64,000 nt of DNA from a virus. Positions 58,724 to 64,000 of the stretch are shown in pieces. The notes beneath the pieces are model-generated. The model searched no databases. It had not been told where the DNA came from and saw only the letters and a program-made list of their open reading frames with translations. A program made the translations under genes and the position numbers. The stretch is taken from IMG/VR virus record IMGVR_UViG_3300034102_002082, positions 32,001 to 96,000 of that record. One strand, 5' to 3'. Position 1 is the first letter of the stretch, and every line of letters starts with the position of its first letter.

Positions 58724-58744
58724 ATATGATAAATATATGACAAT
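58716..58744 (-). promoter_or_regulatory. Start-codon-sequestering hairpin containing the late-promoter motif
   Basis: Minus strand ATTGTCATATAT-TTATC-ATATATGACAAT, perfect 12-bp stem with the ATG in the 3' arm. Confidence 0.65.
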
Positions 58745-58755
58745 CGTAGATTATA

Positions 58756-59202
58756 TCAATAATTTTTTAAAAATGGTATTAACATATCCATTAAATGTTT
58801 ATGTTCATGTACAACCATATCGGTTGATAGGTCATAAGTACTTTCCCATTTTACGGATTCGATATCGTCATTTGCTACTGGCTCTCCTCCTTTATATTTG
58901 CATAGATAAAATATTGTCTTTATGCAATCTTGTGTATTTCGATATCTTTCATCGTCGATTTTAGCAGTACCCAAATAAATCAAATCTGAAGTAGTTACGA
59001 TTAATCCTGTCTCTTCTTCTAACTCTCGTACTGCGTCGGCTTCGAACGAGTCATTTTTTGGATCAGAAAATCCACCAACGAACCTATATAAATTTTGTTT
59101 TGGTTTTTTTGCTAGAAGTACTCTATTAAGGACATGATCATAGACGGCGATATCTACGGTAGTAAAACAAGTTGGGTATTTAAAAATTTTAGTATTTTCC
59201 AT
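58756..59202 (-). CDS. Nudix hydrolase (ADP-ribose pyrophosphatase-like)
   Basis: TVDIAV, GGF...AVRELEEETGL Nudix box, ANDD. Confidence 0.88.
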   Translation of the reverse strand: MENTKIFKYPTCFTTVDIAVYDHVLNRVLLAKKPKQNLYRFVGGFSDPKNDSFEADAVRELEEETGLIVTTSDLIYLGTAKIDDERYRNTQDCIKTIFYLCKYKGGEPVANDDIESVKWESTYDLSTDMVVHEHKHLMDMLIPFLKNY

Positions 59203-59208
59203 ACACCA

Positions 59209-59236
59209 ACGTTACCAGTAAAAGTAAAATTGTCAA
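59209..59236 (-). promoter_or_regulatory. Sigma70-like promoter TTGACA-N16-TAACGT
   Basis: -35 overlaps the vWA gene stop; -10 ends 6 nt before the Nudix ATG. Confidence 0.55.
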
Positions 59237-61011
59237 GAAACTTTTTTATTCCGCAATATTTTGTTGGTGATTGTTTTCGAAACTGTTATAATTTCTTTAA
59301 CGTCTATGAAATTAGAATCCTTCCCATACATCATAGAAAAAGCTAGTCTTTCTGCATTATCTTCCCCTATATAATAACACAACGAGAGTAAATTCTTATC
59401 TCGTTGCATTCTGGTAAAATATTGTTTCGTCTTTGCTATTGCTTGTGCTCCACAAAAATTAATTCCAGTTTTTTGGAAATATGGCATACCATCAGAAAAA
59501 TTTATAAAAATAGAATCTAATTCGTGATTTGATTCCGGTATTACCGATGATATTAATGGGAATAATAATCCTTCGGGTGTACCCCCACCTGGATGTAATA
59601 GAGGGAATAAAGAGTAAACTTTATTGAACTTGTCTTTTCTACTATCGTATGCGATAACTAAACACGGATAATTATCATCCCTCTTTATCGTGGTTCTAAA
59701 ACTAATTACGACTTCTACATTTTCCGTTACCGATGTTGCTTTCGCTATCGCTACCGCACATATGATTGAATTTTTCCATTTCCCATAATCATTTTCACTC
59801 ATAGATCCACTGGCGTCTATTGATATATGGATATGACATTTTTTGTAAGATTCTGTTTTTGATCTGGTGAATATCCTATCATTCCCAGTTCCGACAGAAA
59901 ATAACAACCTCTTATCTATTTTTCCGGATACCTGTCTATTGGTCAATGTTTTATTGATTTCCCCTCGTATTTTCCATTTGCTTGCCAATATTTTTCCCAA
60001 AACTATTCCGCTATTAACGGATTCTATTCCTATGTTTCCTTTCGAGAAACTAGAATATTTTGCGATAGGCAAATCCAATGATGATAAATTTCCAGCATTT
60101 ATATTTTTTATTAGTATGCATTTTATGTCATTTTCTAATTTAAATTCATCTGAATATTTCGATTCCTTTTGTTGTGGTTCTTTATCTGTTGGTTGTTTAT
60201 CTTCTCCATCTTCTAGTTTTTCGTAATTACCCTCGACCCATTCTTCACACTTATTTAGTATATCGCCACTATCTCCACCATTACTTTTAGATTCAGATTC
60301 TATTTTTTCTATATTTCGTAATAGTATCAATAATATATTTTTGGCTACGTCCAAACGATCTATCGGTTTTATTAGTCTATTTATATTATCCAAATCCAAT
60401 TCATTGTAAATTTCTTCTAGCCCATTCAACGCGGATAAGTCGGTAGATTTGTTGGTTAGATTTATTATTCTGAACATGTATGAATCTATCGATTCATCAC
60501 GGAATTCGTTTGAACTTAGTGTCATTCCTATTTTTTTATTATTCCAGAATCTGTTATATAAATCTACGTAATATCCTCGATATCCTATAAACTTATCATA
60601 CGCCCAATTATCTATAAACCTATCTTCAACATAATTCAGTAATTTTTTATATATCTTAGAAATTTCCCCAATATCTATTTTCTTCTCTTTTGCTATTTGT
60701 GATGCTTCTTTTGGTATTTTCATCCATAAGGTCTTGAATATATCAAAATTCGTATGGAGAATATGACAAGATTCATGTAAGATTATACCTACTGTAGAAT
60801 CCAAACTATCAACACTAAAATCCTCGTCTATCCATATACTTTTACCATCAGTATAATTTTTCTCTCCCTTGAATTGGACGGGTATTTCTTTTTCCGTTAT
60901 TATCTTTACGAAGTTTTTTATCGCTGATCGATATAGTTCTCTACGATTTTCAATGGGTATATCTTCATTAAATATCTCATCACTTATCCAGAAATTTGTT
61001 TCCGAATTCAT
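59233..61011 (-). CDS. CobT-like HExxH plus vWA protein (partner of a MoxR AAA+ ATPase)
   Basis: ILHESCH and NYVEDRFI; MIDAS DASGS, GGTPE, FSDG. Confidence 0.85.
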   Translation of the reverse strand: MNSETNFWISDEIFNEDIPIENRRELYRSAIKNFVKIITEKEIPVQFKGEKNYTDGKSIWIDEDFSVDSLDSTVGIILHESCHILHTNFDIFKTLWMKIPKEASQIAKEKKIDIGEISKIYKKLLNYVEDRFIDNWAYDKFIGYRGYYVDLYNRFWNNKKIGMTLSSNEFRDESIDSYMFRIINLTNKSTDLSALNGLEEIYNELDLDNINRLIKPIDRLDVAKNILLILLRNIEKIESESKSNGGDSGDILNKCEEWVEGNYEKLEDGEDKQPTDKEPQQKESKYSDEFKLENDIKCILIKNINAGNLSSLDLPIAKYSSFSKGNIGIESVNSGIVLGKILASKWKIRGEINKTLTNRQVSGKIDKRLLFSVGTGNDRIFTRSKTESYKKCHIHISIDASGSMSENDYGKWKNSIICAVAIAKATSVTENVEVVISFRTTIKRDDNYPCLVIAYDSRKDKFNKVYSLFPLLHPGGGTPEGLLFPLISSVIPESNHELDSIFINFSDGMPYFQKTGINFCGAQAIAKTKQYFTRMQRDKNLLSLCYYIGEDNAERLAFSMMYGKDSNFIDVKEIITVSKTITNKILRNKKVS

Positions 61012-61012
61012 T

Positions 61013-61750
61013 TTAAAATAACTTTTTAGGTAACTTTTTTCCGCTTACATATTTCTGACAAAGTTGTTTTATAAAAGTTCTTTCGCTAGTATCACCACCA
61101 TCACCCGAGAAAGTTGAATAAACTACGTTTTCCAATACTTCACTCACAGAGAATCCATCGTCTAACATCTCACCCATTTCTACGGATGTTCTCGTTGATA
61201 TGTAGCTAGTTATTCTAGAGTCTGGTTTTTTAAATTCTGCGCGTATTTCATAGCTAATTTGTGATATGCATTTTATATCTTCTTTATCTAAATCGGGATA
61301 TTTAGAGAATAGTAAATCATACTCTTCTTCAGCATCCAAGGTTTCAATCTCAATCTTTACTGGAAATCTATCCATTAATGCTCTATCCATTATTCTGGTA
61401 GATGTGTATTCAGTTCCTATATTCGCCGTACTGATAAATGATACACCTTCAGCTACTTTTACCAATTCGGAATCTTCCTTTTCATCCAATCGAACGCATC
61501 TTTGGATTGGATCTAGTATAGGAAGAATTATATTCCAACCATCTGGATGGCATCTGCTCAATTCATCAAGCAATATTACTGCTCCTTCTGTTCGTATAGC
61601 CCGTATGAATGCAGACTCGTTAAATAGGGTTCCTTGGTCTTTAACAAGGTGAGTGTTACCAATCAGTACCGATCTAGGGTCTTGAGTACTTCCTAAGTTT
61701 ACACACATTAGATTTTTTTTTATTTTATATCGTATTTTAAATTTTTTCAT
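61013..61750 (-). CDS. MoxR/CbbQ-type AAA+ ATPase, C-terminal fragment
   Basis: NLGSTQDPR, Walker B ILLDELSR, STANIG, DRALMDRF; no Walker A; start MKKFKIRY. Confidence 0.85.
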   Translation of the reverse strand: MKKFKIRYKIKKNLMCVNLGSTQDPRSVLIGNTHLVKDQGTLFNESAFIRAIRTEGAVILLDELSRCHPDGWNIILPILDPIQRCVRLDEKEDSELVKVAEGVSFISTANIGTEYTSTRIMDRALMDRFPVKIEIETLDAEEEYDLLFSKYPDLDKEDIKCISQISYEIRAEFKKPDSRITSYISTRTSVEMGEMLDDGFSVSEVLENVVYSTFSGDGGDTSERTFIKQLCQKYVSGKKLPKKLF

Positions 61751-61768
61751 TATATTTATATAAATATA
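61751..61768. promoter_or_regulatory. 18-bp perfect palindrome giving the late motif on both strands
   Basis: TATATTTATATAAATATA between divergent ATGs at 61750 (-) and 61783 (+). Confidence 0.55.
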
Positions 61769-61782
61769 GACTAGGAACGAAA

Positions 61783-62532
61783 ATGACACAATATATTATT
61801 TACGCTTTATTAGATACCTCTAGACCTATTAATTTGACGTTAGGTGAATTCATATTTGATTATGTTCCTATCTACATAGGAAGAGGAATTAGATTATCTA
61901 GACCATACACACATATTAGACGAGCATTAAATGGTGATACGAGAACAAAAATTAGAGCAAAGGTAAAGCAATTGGTAGACAGTGGTGTGGAAGTAAGACC
62001 CGTGTGTTTAAAAACCCAATTAAATAAAAAAGCCGCAGATGATATTGAAGTTGACTTAATATTTAAACTTAAAAGAGTAAATGAAGGTGGTACTTTATAT
62101 AACGTATGTGACGGTGGGGATGGTGGTGACACATTTACAAATAATATAAATAAAGAAGAGATTAGAAAGAAACTTATGGGGAGAATGCCATGGAACAAGG
62201 GACTGACAAAAAATACAGACGACGTTGTTCGTTCCGTATCAATAAAGAATAAGAATAATTTAATAAATGGGAATCTGGTTGCGCCATCGTTTAAGGGAAG
62301 AAAACATTCACAAGAAACAATAGATAAGTTGAGTAATATGCGAATTGGTGTAAAATTAGGAAAATATAAACCACGAGTAAGTCTTAAGAAATATATTTTA
62401 ACATCTCCCACTGGAGAGACTATAATATCAAATGGACAAAAAGAATTTTATAATTTACTTACTAATATGAATTTAAGTATATATAAATTAAAACTTGGTA
62501 AGCATGTCGGTTGGACATTAACTACCAACTAA
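61783..62532 (+). CDS. GIY-YIG-superfamily homing endonuclease inserted antisense in the AAA+ gene
   Basis: YIIYALLD...IYIGRG..RP..H, LYNVCDGGDGG, PWNKG, GRKHSQETI. Confidence 0.85.
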   Translation: MTQYIIYALLDTSRPINLTLGEFIFDYVPIYIGRGIRLSRPYTHIRRALNGDTRTKIRAKVKQLVDSGVEVRPVCLKTQLNKKAADDIEVDLIFKLKRVNEGGTLYNVCDGGDGGDTFTNNINKEEIRKKLMGRMPWNKGLTKNTDDVVRSVSIKNKNNLINGNLVAPSFKGRKHSQETIDKLSNMRIGVKLGKYKPRVSLKKYILTSPTGETIISNGQKEFYNLLTNMNLSIYKLKLGKHVGWTLTTN

Positions 62533-62777
62533 ATTTCTGTTTCTTCTATTATTTCTATCGATTTATCTAATTTCATTTTCATAAGTTCATCTTCAGTAAC
62601 TATCTTCTCGTGAATTATATTACTGATAGCTTCCGCCGCTTTTATCGCTGCTAATGTTTTTCCAGATCCACTCATCCCATATAATAATACATTTTTTCCT
62701 TTATTGATTGCCCAAATAAGGTATTTCCAGTGTGCCTCATTTATTTTTAGATCTTTTGGTATCGGTGGAATTTTCAT
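62529..62777 (-). CDS. MoxR/CbbQ-type AAA+ ATPase, N-terminal fragment
   Basis: WKYLIW, Walker A NVLLYGMSGSGKT, then an acidic tail and a stop overlapping the endonuclease stop. Confidence 0.85.
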   Translation of the reverse strand: MKIPPIPKDLKINEAHWKYLIWAINKGKNVLLYGMSGSGKTLAAIKAAEAISNIIHEKIVTEDELMKMKLDKSIEIIEETEI

Positions 62778-62794
62778 ATATAGTGTATAAATAT

Positions 62795-62822
62795 AAAACC
62801 CGCTCCTTTTGAGAGCGGGTTT
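62795..62822. terminator. Intrinsic terminator-like hairpin
   Basis: AAACCCGCTC-7nt-GAGCGGGTTT. Confidence 0.7.
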
Positions 62823-62842
62823 CTTTTTGTTTGGTTTATATG

Positions 62843-63087
62843 TTATTTAAATATTGAATCTAACGTGTTTATAAAATCTAAAATATCATTCTTAAATTGA
62901 TTTTCTCTGGTCTTGTCAACTTCTAATTCGTCTAGATAATTCTTTAGCATTGGCGATACTGTTTCCTTATTAAACTTTAACATGTATGGAACATATTGTT
63001 TATACTTTTGGTGTGATTTATATGATATGATCTTTTTATTTAGATAATCTAGTAATTGATTAACTGATTTTCATCTTCTAGTAACAT
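62843..63087 (-). pseudogene. Frameshifted small gene (or sequencing error)
   Basis: ATG 63087 frame stops after 12 codons; another frame is open for about 75 codons to TAA 62843. Confidence 0.45.
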
Positions 63088-63088
63088 A

Positions 63089-64000
63089 TTAAATGTGTCC
63101 CTTACTTTTCGCATATTCTTTCATTTCTTTTGTTATATCTCTACCTCTCTGCATTATTTTATCCATTTCATTGCCTCTACTATCCTCATTTATTCTCGAA
63201 TTGAAACGACGCATCGGTTTATTTTTTGTCTCATTTTCTAGAGTATCATCAATTTTTCTTAATTGTTTTTCTGTGAGTTCAATTATCGGATTTACTGTTT
63301 CAATATCATCCTTTATTATTGGGTACCACTTATCCTGTATTTTTACGTTTATATTATGTACTTCGAAACCAAATTCTTTTTGTGTACCAAATGCATGGTC
63401 AAAAGAATCATTCGTTATTTCTCCGTCTCCATTATATTCGATTTCATATTCATCGAACGTTGGAAATACTAATTTTAATTTGTCTACTTGTTCGTCTGTT
63501 AATTCTATGTATTTTTGATTATTTGCTTCGTTGATCTCTTTTTTAGTATCAACACCACCGTCTGTAGAATTACCGGATGATGGATTTCCATATTTTTCTT
63601 CTAGATCTTCATACATCATTTTAGCGAAGTCATCATCTTCTGTTTCTATTCCGCGAGATAGTCTGGATGGTTTATATGGAGAACTACTTAAAACTGAATA
63701 TAAGTTACTTGCTTGGCCGTTATAATAATGAGTAGCAAACCAGTATATAGCGACCTCTGCGGAATCTTGTTCGTATCCGAGTCCAGCATATCTCGCCTTT
63801 AAGAATTTCACCATTTCTTCTTTTGTCGGATCATCTATTCTCCATGATGATTCTTTGATGTTTTTATTCTCACCAAATCCAGCAAACGGAGAATTTTTAA
63901 GTTCCAATGCAGATTTTATTGCTGAATTTATATCCGAGAAGTAAAGTGTTTTTGCTCGTTCGTCGTTAATTCGTTCATTATCAAAAAACTGCTCTACTGC
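63089..64000 (-). CDS. Hypothetical multi-segment protein, 5'-truncated by the window edge
   Basis: Frame stays open from 64000 to the stop at 63089; segments separated by IKE/INE motifs. Confidence 0.75.
   Translation of the reverse strand, partial: AVEQFFDNERINDERAKTLYFSDINSAIKSALELKNSPFAGFGENKNIKESSWRIDDPTKEEMVKFLKARYAGLGYEQDSAEVAIYWFATHYYNGQASNLYSVLSSSPYKPSRLSRGIETEDDDFAKMMYEDLEEKYGNPSSGNSTDGGVDTKKEINEANNQKYIELTDEQVDKLKLVFPTFDEYEIEYNGDGEITNDSFDHAFGTQKEFGFEVHNINVKIQDKWYPIIKDDIETVNPIIELTEKQLRKIDDTLENETKNKPMRRFNSRINEDSRGNEMDKIMQRGRDITKEMKEYAKSKGHI

Noticed and set aside
61872-62411. 179-aa minus-strand ORF that might bridge the two ATPase halves
   Set aside because: Antisense shadow of the endonuclease, no AAA+ similarity, and no ATPase sequence is missing between the halves
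61751-62532. Group I intron or split intein in the AAA+ gene
   Set aside because: The endonuclease is antisense, the stops overlap, only 32 nt of non-coding sequence remain, and intein terminal motifs are absent
1-64000. Stop-codon reassignment as in some jumbo phages
   Set aside because: Core genes are full length in the standard code, and TAA, TAG (tube gene) and TGA all end genes at expected positions
1-64000. CRISPR array, tRNA or rRNA genes
   Set aside because: Intergenic gaps are short and I saw no repeat-spacer series or cloverleaf; tRNAscan-SE or Infernal would be needed to exclude them fully

Overview
AT-rich segment of a large T4-like (myovirus, probably jumbo) phage genome in the standard genetic code; no rRNA, tRNA or CRISPR array seen. 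It holds the morphogenesis genes (neck, tail sheath, inverted tail tube, terminase, portal, prohead protease, scaffold, major capsid, tail chaperones, tape measure, baseplate), replication genes (B-family polymerase, clamp, clamp loader), rIIA/rIIB, an NAD+ salvage cluster and four free-standing GIY-YIG-type endonucleases. Strongest novel candidates: (1) unrelated enzymes (GNAT, three ADP-ribosyltransferase-like, kinase, cysteine hydrolase, Acb1-like 2H phosphoesterase) sharing a leader M(K/N)YKDFYxx(L/I)xxE that resembles a capsid-targeting and prohead-protease tag, with a 20-bp identical DNA repeat, suggesting a modular virion-packaged effector system; (2) a MoxR-type AAA+ gene split by an antisense endonuclease, whose halves carry new acidic and basic extensions without intein or intron signatures; (3) duplicated tail-chaperone genes that may replace a programmed frameshift; (4) two promoter classes (ATA[T/C]TTAT near start codons, and TTGACA-N16-TAnnnT). 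All functional calls come from motif recognition by eye, not database searches.
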